From a virus (taxonomy: Duplodnaviria; Heunggongvirae; Uroviricota; Caudoviricetes), in IMG/VR virus record IMGVR_UViG_3300000976_000008, positions 47,223 through 111,222 of that record: 64,000 nucleotides of DNA; one strand, 5' to 3'. This document shows positions 1-10,052 of this stretch, piece by piece. The notes beneath the pieces are model-generated. The model did no database searches and was not told the origin of the DNA. It saw only the letters and a list, made by a program, of their open reading frames with translations. Within the stretch, counting starts at the first letter, position 1; each line of letters starts with the position of its first letter. The position numbers and the translations under genes were made by a program.

Positions 1-2456
1 GTAATCCCATCTTGGGGGAATTTCACAATTGGGTTCACTGAATTACCAGAACCATAAAGCAAATCGCGTTCACCTTGAGTAGGAGAATATTCAACATCAA
101 GTGCTGTTGTCAGGCGTCCACGTCGGATACCTGCTGGAGCAAACCACATTTCCGCGTCACGTGCTGTTCGTGAGAACACACTAGTAACATGGCCAGATGG
201 TGGAATCCAAATCTCATCGGAACTGAATTGGTCAAACGTTCTCAGCCAGCCCCAGTAAAGAGCACCGTAACTACTGTTGATTGCAGCTCTCAAGTCAGAA
301 AGCAACATTCCGTTGTGCCAATCGACAACCTGTTGAGGTCGAAGACCAAATGGTGGATCAACGATGTAAAGCACGTCACCACGGCTCTCACAAACCTGAA
401 GAGCAGTACCGATCACAGCACCAGTCGAAAACCCAGGTGTAGCAAGCAAATTAATGTCAATTGCTTCTGGGTTCTGGAAGGCATAAAGACCAGTCGATGT
501 TGATGGGTTACCAATCACAGCAGCATCAAGCTCACTTGAGAATGCTGGATCTGTTGGGATACCGTTAGCCTGACCAACGAAAGTTCGGCTTGAGAATTGA
601 GAAGGTTGTCGGACTTCGAAGCTCGACAAGTTCACATTGTTATTCAAGAACGCAGGACGTTCTTCCCAGTTCATGTAGGTATTTCCACTCGTGCCACCAA
701 GTGATGTTCCGGGATTAACAACATTTCCAATGTATCGGTCTTCGCGTTTATCAAAGCTGACATCTTCAACAACGTCCAGTGCCTCACCTTGAGGACCTGA
801 AACAACGATTCGATATCGACCAGCCGCGTCACCCAAAGCTTCAGTGTAAACTTCTACGTCAACACTGATACCATCGACCCAAGTACCGGGAGTAGGAGCA
901 ACGAGCCATCCAACGATATTGCTGAAGTAAGCGGAATCGACAGTACATTCGTTACTGAATGGGTCCATCTCACAAGCAAGTGGAGAAGACGCTGTTGTCT
1001 CACCAGATGACGGCAGCAATGATCTGTTATCTTCAAACCCTCTGTAAGCACGCTTATAAGGGAAAGAAATTTCAAGTTCTTCTGAGAACCGAAGACTTCG
1101 AAGATTAGACCAAGATGCCAATAGATGTAGAGTATCAAACTGGTGTTCAGGAGATGCAACAATAACAACGTGTGTTCTACCACCCGGAACAGTCAATTCT
1201 ATCGCATCAAACAGAACTTCACCAGCCACAATACCAGCAGCATCGATAGCTGCAGCAATTGAGGCAGTGCTCTGATCGATACCAATCGGAATATTGAAAC
1301 TAATGTCCAGAGTTTCGTTATCACCAATCAGGTTGATCCGAACTCTGTTGTTCGAGCTTGTGATGTCATATGGCCCTGGGTCTAGACCAACCAAGTACGA
1401 TCTCGGAATATCCCAAGCGTACTGTTGTGTTCCAAGCTCAAGTGCCCATGATTGAGTACCCATAATCTGAATTCGCTCACCAGCAACAGATGATCGAATT
1501 TGTGGGATTACAGTCACACCATCTTCAAGAATGAACTCAACAACTGAGTAATCTTCACCAATCAAGAGCGTGTTAATCGCATTCGAGAAGTCAGCAGAAG
1601 TGGTGTACGTAGCAACTGGCATCATGTAAGTTGCAGGAATCGCACCATCAACAGATACTTGGAATGATCTGTTATCTGGATTCACTGCAAATGAGAAAGT
1701 GTCATTCTCATCAAGAACACCAGCAGTAACTGAAACTTGAATTGACAAGCCGCTACCGATGGGGATGACATCCGACATTCCGTTATCGCCAGGGTCGCTC
1801 AAAGTTCCTTCGGCAACAACCAAACCATCGCCATTTCGAACCATTTGGAAACCGGCACCTGCTAAAGGTGCGGCAGCTGAAACATCTGGTGCATTCGTAA
1901 TGATCATCACGAATGAATCATCAACTGGACCAGTATAGGTTCCTGTTACGTTGAGCGTAGCAGCAGTTGGGCCATTTGTTGATGAAACATCAACATCTCG
2001 ATATTCCACAGCTCCAACAGATGAAGCATGGAAATCTAGCGGTCCAGCATTCCCATTTGTTCCATCGCCGACTTCTCGGAGGTTGATTCGACCAAAGTCG
2101 ATTCCTTGGAAAAGGGGAATTCTACCCCAACCTCTTCCACGACCACCTGTAGTGTCGATGCAAATCGATTCCAATTCAGGACTCTGACCTTCAGAGCATT
2201 CCACACCAACTCGCATGATGTAGCACTGATTGCCCTCTTCAAGATACGCCATGACGGCGTACATGAGATAGCTTTCTGGGAATGGTTCGCCAAAAGTGTT
2301 AATCGCCTGTTGCGAATTCGTAATTAGCGTAGCTTCGTTTACGGGTCCTTTATTGGCAGTTCCAATGAAGGCTGGACGAAGCGGCCCGATGGCTGTCGGA
2401 ATAACGCTAAGGTCGATTTCGCGTGGGAAAACACCCGGACTTAAAAATACTGCCAT
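1..2456 (-). CDS. Phage tail sheath protein (T4 gp18-like). Partial: the start codon is at 2456 and the C-terminus lies beyond the window start.
   Basis: I translated the minus strand from the ATG at 2456 to position 1 and found no in-frame stop. The ORF track omits it because it runs off the edge. The N-terminus MAVFLSPGVFPREIDLS...TFGEPFPESY...YLEEGNQCYIMRV matches T4 gp18 MTLLSPGIELKETTV...TFGQP...FLQYGNDLRVVRA. The C-terminal region ALYWGWLRTFDQ...SGHVTSVFSRTARDAEMWFAPAGIRRGRL is the conserved sheath C-terminal domain. Confidence 0.85.
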   Translation of the reverse strand, partial: MAVFLSPGVFPREIDLSVIPTAIGPLRPAFIGTANKGPVNEATLITNSQQAINTFGEPFPESYLMYAVMAYLEEGNQCYIMRVGVECSEGQSPELESICIDTTGGRGRGWGRIPLFQGIDFGRINLREVGDGTNGNAGPLDFHASSVGAVEYRDVDVSSTNGPTAATLNVTGTYTGPVDDSFVMIITNAPDVSAAAPLAGAGFQMVRNGDGLVVAEGTLSDPGDNGMSDVIPIGSGLSIQVSVTAGVLDENDTFSFAVNPDNRSFQVSVDGAIPATYMMPVATYTTSADFSNAINTLLIGEDYSVVEFILEDGVTVIPQIRSSVAGERIQIMGTQSWALELGTQQYAWDIPRSYLVGLDPGPYDITSSNNRVRINLIGDNETLDISFNIPIGIDQSTASIAAAIDAAGIVAGEVLFDAIELTVPGGRTHVVIVASPEHQFDTLHLLASWSNLRSLRFSEELEISFPYKRAYRGFEDNRSLLPSSGETTASSPLACEMDPFSNECTVDSAYFSNIVGWLVAPTPGTWVDGISVDVEVYTEALGDAAGRYRIVVSGPQGEALDVVEDVSFDKREDRYIGNVVNPGTSLGGTSGNTYMNWEERPAFLNNNVNLSSFEVRQPSQFSSRTFVGQANGIPTDPAFSSELDAAVIGNPSTSTGLYAFQNPEAIDINLLATPGFSTGAVIGTALQVCESRGDVLYIVDPPFGLRPQQVVDWHNGMLLSDLRAAINSSYGALYWGWLRTFDQFSSDEIWIPPSGHVTSVFSRTARDAEMWFAPAGIRRGRLTTALDVEYSPTQGERDLLYGSGNSVNPIVKFPQDGI

Positions 2457-2535
2457 TGGTGCCAGCTCCTACGTCAATTCTTGACTTCTGAGGTATTTTT
2501 GACAAGATGAGTAACTAAAACTTATTGTTTGCAAT

Positions 2536-2763
2536 CTACTCTTCATGCTCAGAGTCAAAAACAACCTTAATCATCTGTCTCTTTTGAAGATTGTCAATTT
2601 GATCAGCTCTTAGATGCGACTTAGGCAACGTCACATCAGTGCCAGGCAGCAATCGAACTTGTTGTTCATTCCGGTAGAAATCACCACCAGGAGGACGGAC
2701 TTGCAAAGGCAACATCTGATTTGAGCAATTATAAATTCTTTGGACTGCAGCTTTCTTAGCCAT
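2536..2763 (-). CDS. Hypothetical protein immediately upstream of the sheath gene
   Basis: 75-aa ORF that abuts the next ORF (shared base at 2763). I recognise no motif. Confidence 0.3.
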   Translation of the reverse strand: MAKKAAVQRIYNCSNQMLPLQVRPPGGDFYRNEQQVRLLPGTDVTLPKSHLRADQIDNLQKRQMIKVVFDSEHEE

Positions 2764-3641
2764 TAGTCAATAAGCTCCTTAGCTTTCACTACATTCTGTA
2801 TAGGTTCGTTCCAAGTATTACCACCAAGCCCAGAGACGGCTAGAATATCTCCAGCTCTCTCCTGTAAGGTTACAGCTCTTCCCAGAACAGTTTTCACAAT
2901 CTTCTCTGGAAGAGGTAACCAAGCTTCAGCAGTAATCGTTACTTCATATCGTACGTTTGCATGGGTATCATATCCTGATTCTTTATCGCTCGCATCGGTC
3001 GAGCCACCATACTTAATTTGTATATTTCCCTCTAATTTCCCATCAAACATTCTAAATTCTGCTAATGGGTTAAAGCGAATCAGAATTTGATATAAGATAT
3101 ATTCTATGTCACGTTTATGTTCTGCCCATATAGTTAATTGATAATCAACTAACCAAGGAGTAGGTCTGTAAACCTTAGCAACTTGATCACCACGGCTGCT
3201 CAGAAATCGAGCAGTCATAGCATGGAAATTCGGACTAAATTTCTCTTGATTAAATTGATGGCCATCTCTACTAATAGAGGCAACAGGTAATCTTGCTCTA
3301 CCTTGGACAATATCATCATTCCAAATCAAGACACTCTTGTCACCACCAGCAATTTTCACCCTCATGAATCGATAAGAATCTTTGGTTGGAACCCTAATCC
3401 CAGACCAATATTGCTTCATCGCATCATCAAGAGATCTAAATCCGGGCTGTAAGAATTCTTCAAGATGATATGGATACTGAGGAATACCAGCATCAGCCTG
3501 AATTCTATCTCTACCACCCTCTACATGGCTTAATTGTTTCATACCAGGAACAGAACGTAATCCATTCGGCACCTGTTGAGGACCTACCTGATATGCTCCC
3601 TGTTTCGCTGTAAAGTCAGCACCAAATTCATAAACTGGCAT
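2763..3641 (-). CDS. Hypothetical protein, probably virion-associated (tail or neck module)
   Basis: 292-aa ORF in a tight minus-strand array ending at the sheath gene. No family recognised. Confidence 0.35.
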   Translation of the reverse strand: MPVYEFGADFTAKQGAYQVGPQQVPNGLRSVPGMKQLSHVEGGRDRIQADAGIPQYPYHLEEFLQPGFRSLDDAMKQYWSGIRVPTKDSYRFMRVKIAGGDKSVLIWNDDIVQGRARLPVASISRDGHQFNQEKFSPNFHAMTARFLSSRGDQVAKVYRPTPWLVDYQLTIWAEHKRDIEYILYQILIRFNPLAEFRMFDGKLEGNIQIKYGGSTDASDKESGYDTHANVRYEVTITAEAWLPLPEKIVKTVLGRAVTLQERAGDILAVSGLGGNTWNEPIQNVVKAKELID

Positions 3642-3651
3642 TATTGACCAA

Positions 3652-3954
3652 CTATTCTAGCGTCGACAATAGGTCACTCTTGTTATTCAACCCATCAATC
3701 GCTTCACGCACATCTTTTTCAATTTGTTCTCTTTCCTCAGTAGTCTGAATTACTAAAGAACCAGTTATAGCTAATGATCCACCATTAGCAGTAACCCCAC
3801 CAGCAGTAATTTTCAATTCCAAATTAGGAACTTTTTCTGCTAAATGTCGCATTACTCCTTCAGAAATCTTATTCAGAAATCTGTGATTAGAGACAGCGTG
3901 GTGAGATCTGATATTTTTAACCTGATCAGAGACTTTCACGGTAAGCTCCTCCAC
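3652..3954 (-). CDS. Hypothetical protein
   Basis: 100-aa ORF in the structural array. Confidence 0.3.
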   Translation of the reverse strand: MEELTVKVSDQVKNIRSHHAVSNHRFLNKISEGVMRHLAEKVPNLELKITAGGVTANGGSLAITGSLVIQTTEEREQIEKDVREAIDGLNNKSDLLSTLE

Positions 3955-4552
3955 TCTTTATATGTTCTTCAACTGGCATATCCTTTTCAGTTCTGACAGT
4001 GATATCAGCAGTAAGTGCTTCAACCTGACAAGTGTAGTACAACCAGATATACCTGAAATTACCACTTGGAGTAGCATTAGTAATTCTGAATTGACTCGGA
4101 TTCACAGCAACAGCATTATATGGCAAATGCAAGACATCACCAGGTCTCAACATTCTTTCATTAAATCGGCTGTATAATTGTGCATGGCTGAATATTACTT
4201 CATTCTTATGAGATGCCATATCAACACCCCATTTGGTCAATTCTATTTCAATCGGAGCAGGCTTGAAAAAAGCCTTCATACCAATTGGCTGCCAATAAGT
4301 TGGATCAGGATCTTCGTCCCAAACTTCATCAACATCGGCATTCTCAGTCCTTTGATAGACTTGAATATTCGCTCCAGATACATTAATCATCTCATCGGCC
4401 AGTTTTTTGGCCGTAGCAATATCCGCTGAATCTGGATTATCCAGAGCCAGAGCAGTGTTGACTTGCTGGACATCAGTCCTGTTCGAAACAACAGAATCGA
4501 ACACTGACGCATTGACTTGCCCAGTTGTGCTTCCAAAGTTATGAATTGGCAT
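3926..4552 (-). CDS. Hypothetical protein (structural module)
   Basis: 208-aa ORF. It overlaps its neighbour by 29 nt, as expected in an operon. Confidence 0.35.
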   Translation of the reverse strand: MPIHNFGSTTGQVNASVFDSVVSNRTDVQQVNTALALDNPDSADIATAKKLADEMINVSGANIQVYQRTENADVDEVWDEDPDPTYWQPIGMKAFFKPAPIEIELTKWGVDMASHKNEVIFSHAQLYSRFNERMLRPGDVLHLPYNAVAVNPSQFRITNATPSGNFRYIWLYYTCQVEALTADITVRTEKDMPVEEHIKSGGAYRESL

Positions 4553-5263
4553 ACTTTATCTTTGTATTTGAAGGTAATGAGCAAAGAACGATCACAGATT
4601 GACTCCCTATGGGGTAACACTATTCCAATAGACACATGGATATTGGAAAATATTTCCTTCAATAAGAATAATTGGCACCAAAAAGTACCAATTGGCTCCA
4701 AATTCAAAGCATTTCATAATTCTACCAGAAATTGTGACATAATCCACTATTTCAGAGGTCCCGGATGCAAAGACAAGCCAATTTTTGGGATTCTATATTA
4801 TGAAACAGCTTGTGTTTGCACAGCAGAAACACCAGAAATCAATAATGGCTATAGACCAGCACTCGAAAATGCTGAAATTACAATGGAGTATACAGACCCC
4901 GGCTTCTTTGATCGATTAGAGAGCTGGATATGGAATGTGAGAACAATAGATTACATCATTGCAGATTTACACGCTGTGGCTCACAACATTAAAGAGATAG
5001 AGCACAAAATTTTACGTAGCAAAGAATCTACGGCAAAACAATTCAGTTTTATCAAACGTCTCTATGAGAAAACAGGTGAATTAGATCTCACGGTCAGAGA
5101 ATTAGCATTCACCAATGGAGATCCCGACAATGTTGCATTTCCAACAGTTGATGGGATAGTTATAAAAGACACTTTGAATGGAAAATCGATGCCCATGCGT
5201 ATGCATGGGACCTACGAAAAACCAAGACCAGAGAGCCATTATGATGATGACGTGCCGTTTTAA
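4517..5263 (+). CDS. Hypothetical protein encoded on the opposite strand
   Basis: 248-aa plus-strand ORF filling the gap between two minus-strand genes. The start is probably the internal Met (MSKERSQ, about 4577). Confidence 0.35.
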   Translation: MPSCASKVMNWHTLSLYLKVMSKERSQIDSLWGNTIPIDTWILENISFNKNNWHQKVPIGSKFKAFHNSTRNCDIIHYFRGPGCKDKPIFGILYYETACVCTAETPEINNGYRPALENAEITMEYTDPGFFDRLESWIWNVRTIDYIIADLHAVAHNIKEIEHKILRSKESTAKQFSFIKRLYEKTGELDLTVRELAFTNGDPDNVAFPTVDGIVIKDTLNGKSMPMRMHGTYEKPRPESHYDDDVPF

Positions 5264-5775
5264 GGACCAATAGCCCAAGGTGGAACCGGTGGCAAAACAC
5301 CAACATCGCCGGGAAAAGTGCCCTCTTCAATATATGGGCATTTAGGAGCAGGCTCATGTAGCCGCTCATCGAAATCAGGTGATGGGCAATATCCCATCCC
5401 TATAGTATCGCAAGCATCATAGCTTTCTTCGACTGGCAATTCTTCGTTAGCCAGACCCCTGAGAATAGAATAGTAATCAGGATATGAATTTGGCGGGCAA
5501 CCCGCACTAATACCAGGCAATACAAACCATTTCTGCCTAGTGTTCCCTCTATTGAAATTATTACCAAGTTTCACATATGATCCTGGTATAGCATTCAGTG
5601 CAGTAACCAGGTCGATAATAGCACTCCCACATCCAGATTCAGCTAAGTAACTGGATAATGCAGTAGAAGACAATGCGGAAGTAGGTTCACATCCTGGAAC
5701 CAATACTTTACCACCCGCCAAAACTTCTAATTGATGTTGCACGTAGATCTGAGCGTGAGACATTACCAGTTCCAA
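5260..5775 (-). CDS. Hypothetical Cys/Pro-rich protein
   Basis: 171-aa ORF with no recognised motif. Confidence 0.35.
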   Translation of the reverse strand: MELVMSHAQIYVQHQLEVLAGGKVLVPGCEPTSALSSTALSSYLAESGCGSAIIDLVTALNAIPGSYVKLGNNFNRGNTRQKWFVLPGISAGCPPNSYPDYYSILRGLANEELPVEESYDACDTIGMGYCPSPDFDERLHEPAPKCPYIEEGTFPGDVGVLPPVPPWAIGP

Positions 5776-6548
5776 ACGCCTAATGGTTCACCTAATTTAA
5801 TTGCCTTATCGATTATTTCTTCTCTATCTTTAGTCCCTTCTTGGACCAAGTCAGAACCTCCATAATCGATAGTGCTACCATCCGGTGTTGGCATCCCGTG
5901 AATCTTTCTACGAGCATTACCAACGGCAATTCTCGCCTCGGCGAACATCATGTCGTAAGTTAGTTGTCTGGCTTGAGGACTGCGGAAGTGGTTCACAACT
6001 GGCGTGTACAAGACGACTACGGGAAAAGCCCCCTTAGGGGTCGGATATAATCGGATCAATTGGTCCTTAGCAGACAATGAATCACCATACCCACTACCTT
6101 CACCCTCGCCAATTACTTCCCAATGTCCTTCAGTGCCAAGAATCTTCTGAGAGAATTTTCTGTAAGCTTGTAATAAATGATAATCGGTCAGGACATTCTG
6201 AATACCTGAAATATTACCAATATTGAACAAGAAAGACTCAGCACCAAAGACGTCGTCAATTCTCGTTGTTACAGGGTCCCAATTTACCTCTTGAATCCAA
6301 TAGGCATCCTTAGGCAAAGGATAAGTCGATTGGAGAGGCACAGTATAGAAAGTGGCGAGTTTCTGTTCTCGTGGAAAGTATCCAGCTATAAAATCGCCAG
6401 CTACTCTGAACATCACCTCCCATTGATCTTCAGTGATTTCTATTTCTGTATTAGGATGTCCCAACTTAGATAAGACATATTTTTTCATCGGGTCACTGCG
6501 GACCTTTAGAACAGAAGGTAAATCTGCAGGTGCTAATATAGCCATCAA
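5763..6548 (-). CDS. Hypothetical protein (structural module)
   Basis: 261-aa ORF that overlaps both neighbours in an operon-like way. Confidence 0.4.
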   Translation of the reverse strand: MMAILAPADLPSVLKVRSDPMKKYVLSKLGHPNTEIEITEDQWEVMFRVAGDFIAGYFPREQKLATFYTVPLQSTYPLPKDAYWIQEVNWDPVTTRIDDVFGAESFLFNIGNISGIQNVLTDYHLLQAYRKFSQKILGTEGHWEVIGEGEGSGYGDSLSAKDQLIRLYPTPKGAFPVVVLYTPVVNHFRSPQARQLTYDMMFAEARIAVGNARRKIHGMPTPDGSTIDYGGSDLVQEGTKDREEIIDKAIKLGEPLGVWNW

Positions 6549-6554
6549 TCACCA

Positions 6555-7094
6555 CTAAGAACCGAAGGAATGGCCTCTATTGCCGAAAATTATACCAGCA
6601 TAATCTATCCTATAGATAGTATACTCAACACCACCTGGTAGATCAGCATCCAATTCTAATTCTATCAAAGCTTTCATTGCCAACATAGCTGTTTGAATAC
6701 CAATTGGTGGCAGCTCTTCGTGGAATGCGTGACCAACGCCAGTAACAACTTCTCCAGCGTGGATCAATGTTCTTTGATTAGCTTGAAGATTTTCGCTAGT
6801 AGCATGAAAACCAGAAATCATGGCTTGAGCTGGGAATTTTTCATCTCCCAATTCTGGTTTCACTGCCGTACCACGTGTCAAACCACCAATTCCACCACGA
6901 CCAGCACCACTACGTGATGAGAATTGTCCACCACCTGGTTCTGTGATATTCAGGTCCGTAGTATTTTCAAGTGCTGAATAGATATGATTACCTATTCTTT
7001 GCATATCCCGCCAAGTCTCAAATCTCTTGACTTCGTCGCCAGCATCTGTGACTGGTGAAATTCTAATATGTGCAGTGAAAGGTGCCCATTTCAT
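6555..7094 (-). CDS. Hypothetical protein with a Gly-rich segment
   Basis: 179-aa ORF containing SGAGRGGIGGLTRG. No family assigned. Confidence 0.4.
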   Translation of the reverse strand: MKWAPFTAHIRISPVTDAGDEVKRFETWRDMQRIGNHIYSALENTTDLNITEPGGGQFSSRSGAGRGGIGGLTRGTAVKPELGDEKFPAQAMISGFHATSENLQANQRTLIHAGEVVTGVGHAFHEELPPIGIQTAMLAMKALIELELDADLPGGVEYTIYRIDYAGIIFGNRGHSFGS

Positions 7095-7273
7095 GTCGCA
7101 TCTCCTTACCTATATATTTGGTCGATTAGGTAATATTACAGACACCTACGGCTGAAGCCGCCAAAAATTGACGGCTTCGTTACTCACTCTACACATGGCA
7201 GATGAGTTATACGACAATGGCCCGGCATATGTCGCTACCGAGCCATGTCGAGGTTTTCACCACCGCTTGCTTC

Positions 7274-7759
7274 TTAGACCATCACGTCCGGTGTCAGAGC
7301 ACGAGCACCTTCATGGAGGTCAGTCGGAAGTCCAGCGACTGTGTTCTCCAGGAACTGATCGTGACCAATTTGGAACGCAAAGTCAACATCTGGGATGTTG
7401 GTCTGAGCATTTGCAAATGAAACTTGATCCTTAAGACCGATGACAATCGGAAAGCCTCGGCCTGCGTTATGACGAGCTTCACCCATGTACGGACTGAAAT
7501 CAGCCGTAGTAGTGTCGCGAGTCTTAACCTCGACCAAGATTTCGTCCGCAGGAATGCTCATGACCAGCGGACGGAGTCGTTTGATCAACGCAGCTACGGA
7601 CTCATGCCGATGCATCTGCCGGAAAGATCGAATCCTTCGGAACACCTGAATATCGGTGTTGGCAGGTTGTGCAGCCATGAGTAATTCTCCAAACTCGTTT
7701 AATTCGAAATCAGCAGTAGTTCTTCCGAACCTGTTACGAATTATATTTGAGTGGAGCAC
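7274..7759 (-). CDS. Putative PD-(D/E)xK-fold nuclease
   Basis: The spacing of HRHESVAALIKRL...IPADEILVEVKTRD looks like an E..D-x-EVK nuclease core. The GC content here is visibly higher than in flanking DNA. Confidence 0.35.
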   Translation of the reverse strand: MLHSNIIRNRFGRTTADFELNEFGELLMAAQPANTDIQVFRRIRSFRQMHRHESVAALIKRLRPLVMSIPADEILVEVKTRDTTTADFSPYMGEARHNAGRGFPIVIGLKDQVSFANAQTNIPDVDFAFQIGHDQFLENTVAGLPTDLHEGARALTPDVMV

Positions 7760-7771
7760 TCAATGTGAAAA

Positions 7772-8242
7772 CTAATTACATCTACGCATACACGTAACGA
7801 AACCATAACCATTCCATTGGTAATAATTCTGTGGCAAGTAATTATACGTCACTTGCCGAGTCTGAACAGGCTGCACCACTTGGACATATTGTGGTTGCTG
7901 GACTTGGATCGGTTGTTGCTGAACAGGGTACACTGTCGGAGTAATTGGATTCATCGAGTTAGGCTGAAAATTCACCGTTCTCGCTTGACCATTCTCTATA
8001 TAGCTCATCCGATGCGGATAAACAGTAACCTTATTCGGCTTCGAAATCGACGTTGACGTTGGTGCTGGCATACCGCACACACCATCAGCACAAACGGCTT
8101 TTTCTTGCACTGCATTAGCGACAGGTGCAGAGGTAGGAATAACTACTGGAGTTGCTGGCTTCGACTCGACCAATTCCCATTGTTGAGCTTGAACATTGGC
8201 ACAGCAAAAAACGACACACACGACGGCTAGAACAAATTTCAT
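7772..8242 (-). CDS. Secreted Gln/Pro/Val-rich protein
   Basis: The N-terminal signal peptide MKFVLAVVCVVFCCANVQA is followed by low-complexity Q/P/V-rich sequence. Confidence 0.45.
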   Translation of the reverse strand: MKFVLAVVCVVFCCANVQAQQWELVESKPATPVVIPTSAPVANAVQEKAVCADGVCGMPAPTSTSISKPNKVTVYPHRMSYIENGQARTVNFQPNSMNPITPTVYPVQQQPIQVQQPQYVQVVQPVQTRQVTYNYLPQNYYQWNGYGFVTCMRRCN

Positions 8243-8252
8243 TGCGATTCCT

Positions 8253-9230
8253 TTACGGTTGGGAATCGGTGACGGCTTTCAAATCCGAATCAACCATCAT
8301 CCCAACTAGATCCTTGAAAGTGACCCGTGGCTCCCACCCTAAACCTTCTTTGGCCTTTGATGGATCTCCACAAAGCAGATTAACTTCAGCTGGCCTCATG
8401 AATCTTTCATCAGTCACAACAAATTCTTCAGGATCAAGATCAACTCTGGAAAATGCTTCTTGAACAAAATCAGCGACACTGTGAGTTTCACCGGTTGCGA
8501 TCACATAGTCTACTGGTTTATCTTGTTGGAGCATCATCCACATGGCACGAACATAGTCGCCAGCGAATCCCCAATCCCTCTTTGAACCTTGGTAACCAAG
8601 AGCCAGAGAATCTTGAAGCCCCATTTTAATCCTAGCAACAGCATTTGTGATTTTTCGAGTCACAAATTCTAAACCGCGTCTAGGACTCTCATGGTTGAAC
8701 AAGATTCCAGAAACACAAAACATTCCGTGACTCTCTCGATAATTCACCGTCATCCAATGACCATAAAGCTTGGCAACACCATAAGGGCTTCGAGGGTAGA
8801 ATTTAGTGCTCTCCTTCTGAGGAGTTTCTTGCACTTTCCCATACATCTCGCTAGAGCTTGCTTGGTAAAACTTGATCTTATCATTCACCTGCCGAACAGC
8901 TTCAAGTAACCTGGTTACTCCCAATCCAGTCATATCAGAAGTCGATACCGGATGATCCCAACTCGCATGCACAAATGATTGTGCTGCCAGATTATAAACT
9001 TCATCTGGCTCGACATTTTCAACCAATCTCGTCAATGAACCTTGATCAGTAATATCAGATTGGTGGAGAGTTATGAAATCAGAAATATGGTCGATCCTCT
9101 GAGTGTTCGAAGAGCTTGACCTTCGAGTCACACCATGGACTTCATAACCTTTCTCTAATAAGAACTCAGCAAGATAACTGCCATCCTGACCAGTACAACC
9201 GGTTATAAGAGCTTTACGTTGAAGTGTCAT
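8253..9230 (-). CDS. gmd: GDP-mannose 4,6-dehydratase
   Basis: [27 protein letters not shown]...RRSS..NT.RIDH is the canonical GMD N-terminus. The rest aligns along the full length to short-chain dehydratases. Confidence 0.9.
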   Translation of the reverse strand: MTLQRKALITGCTGQDGSYLAEFLLEKGYEVHGVTRRSSSSNTQRIDHISDFITLHQSDITDQGSLTRLVENVEPDEVYNLAAQSFVHASWDHPVSTSDMTGLGVTRLLEAVRQVNDKIKFYQASSSEMYGKVQETPQKESTKFYPRSPYGVAKLYGHWMTVNYRESHGMFCVSGILFNHESPRRGLEFVTRKITNAVARIKMGLQDSLALGYQGSKRDWGFAGDYVRAMWMMLQQDKPVDYVIATGETHSVADFVQEAFSRVDLDPEEFVVTDERFMRPAEVNLLCGDPSKAKEGLGWEPRVTFKDLVGMMVDSDLKAVTDSQP

Positions 9231-10008
9231 TCACTTTTTCCGATTGCTTGCAATGATCACCCCATTTATAATCATATTGAGATGAAATTTTCACGTTTGA
9301 AGAAATCCAGTTCAAAAAGTTTGGAGCAGATTTGCCGCAAATTCTCATTCTATTATTAGAAGGAGTTATTCTTGATTCAAATCCCAAGTCCCTCAATTTG
9401 ACCACTAAAACCTCTTGTGACTTGAAAGATTCAGTACAGAGTTGAAGTCCATAATCAACTTGATAACCATCACCAACAAACCACCAATATGCAGACAAAG
9501 GCGTTATTCTAACATCATTCGGAATAATCTTTTCGCCTTTAGAATCAACATACCATCTTTCTTTTTGTTTTTTCAAATCCAAGCAAAAAGAAGATTTAAA
9601 ATGCCAATAACCATTTTTAGATCTCCACGGATTTGAAAAATGAACTTGTTCAAAACATAATTCTATATCTTGCAAAGTTTCCAAATATTTGCAACCATAT
9701 GTCAAACGTGCAGACACAGAAGATCCATCCAAATGACCATCGCCAAGCATTATACCATCTAATATCTCTAATTGTCTTTCTTCTAAATTAGCTATCTTAG
9801 ATTCGTGAAGCACGTTAGCTTCTGACAAAGATCTTGTTGGTATATTATACTTACTAAAATGATTCTCTATAGTAGTGATATGAACTTGAAGTTTGGTTGC
9901 AATTTGTTGTTGCGATAACAAATCAACCCAGTACAAATCATGTAAATGAGAAACATACTGAGCTAAACTTAATCCAAGTTTTTTGTATGTTGGTTGCCAA
10001 GAACCCAT
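9214..10008 (-). CDS. LAGLIDADG homing endonuclease (double-motif, free-standing)
   Basis: There are two LAGLIDADG-type motifs, [11 protein letters not shown] and WWFVGDGY. Its 3' end overlaps the gmd start by 17 nt. Confidence 0.8.
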   Translation of the reverse strand: MGSWQPTYKKLGLSLAQYVSHLHDLYWVDLLSQQQIATKLQVHITTIENHFSKYNIPTRSLSEANVLHESKIANLEERQLEILDGIMLGDGHLDGSSVSARLTYGCKYLETLQDIELCFEQVHFSNPWRSKNGYWHFKSSFCLDLKKQKERWYVDSKGEKIIPNDVRITPLSAYWWFVGDGYQVDYGLQLCTESFKSQEVLVVKLRDLGFESRITPSNNRMRICGKSAPNFLNWISSNVKISSQYDYKWGDHCKQSEKVNDTST

Positions 10009-10052
10009 ATTTACGACTCAAACCAGTCATTCCCGTTATCTTTGAACGTGAA

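Noticed and set aside
189-2327. Plus-strand and alternative-frame ORFs from the track (189..503, 854..1183, 1951..2187, 2036..2293, 2106..2327, 2296..2484)
   Set aside because: All lie inside the long tail-sheath reading frame (2456..1, minus), which has strong homology support. They are shadow ORFs.
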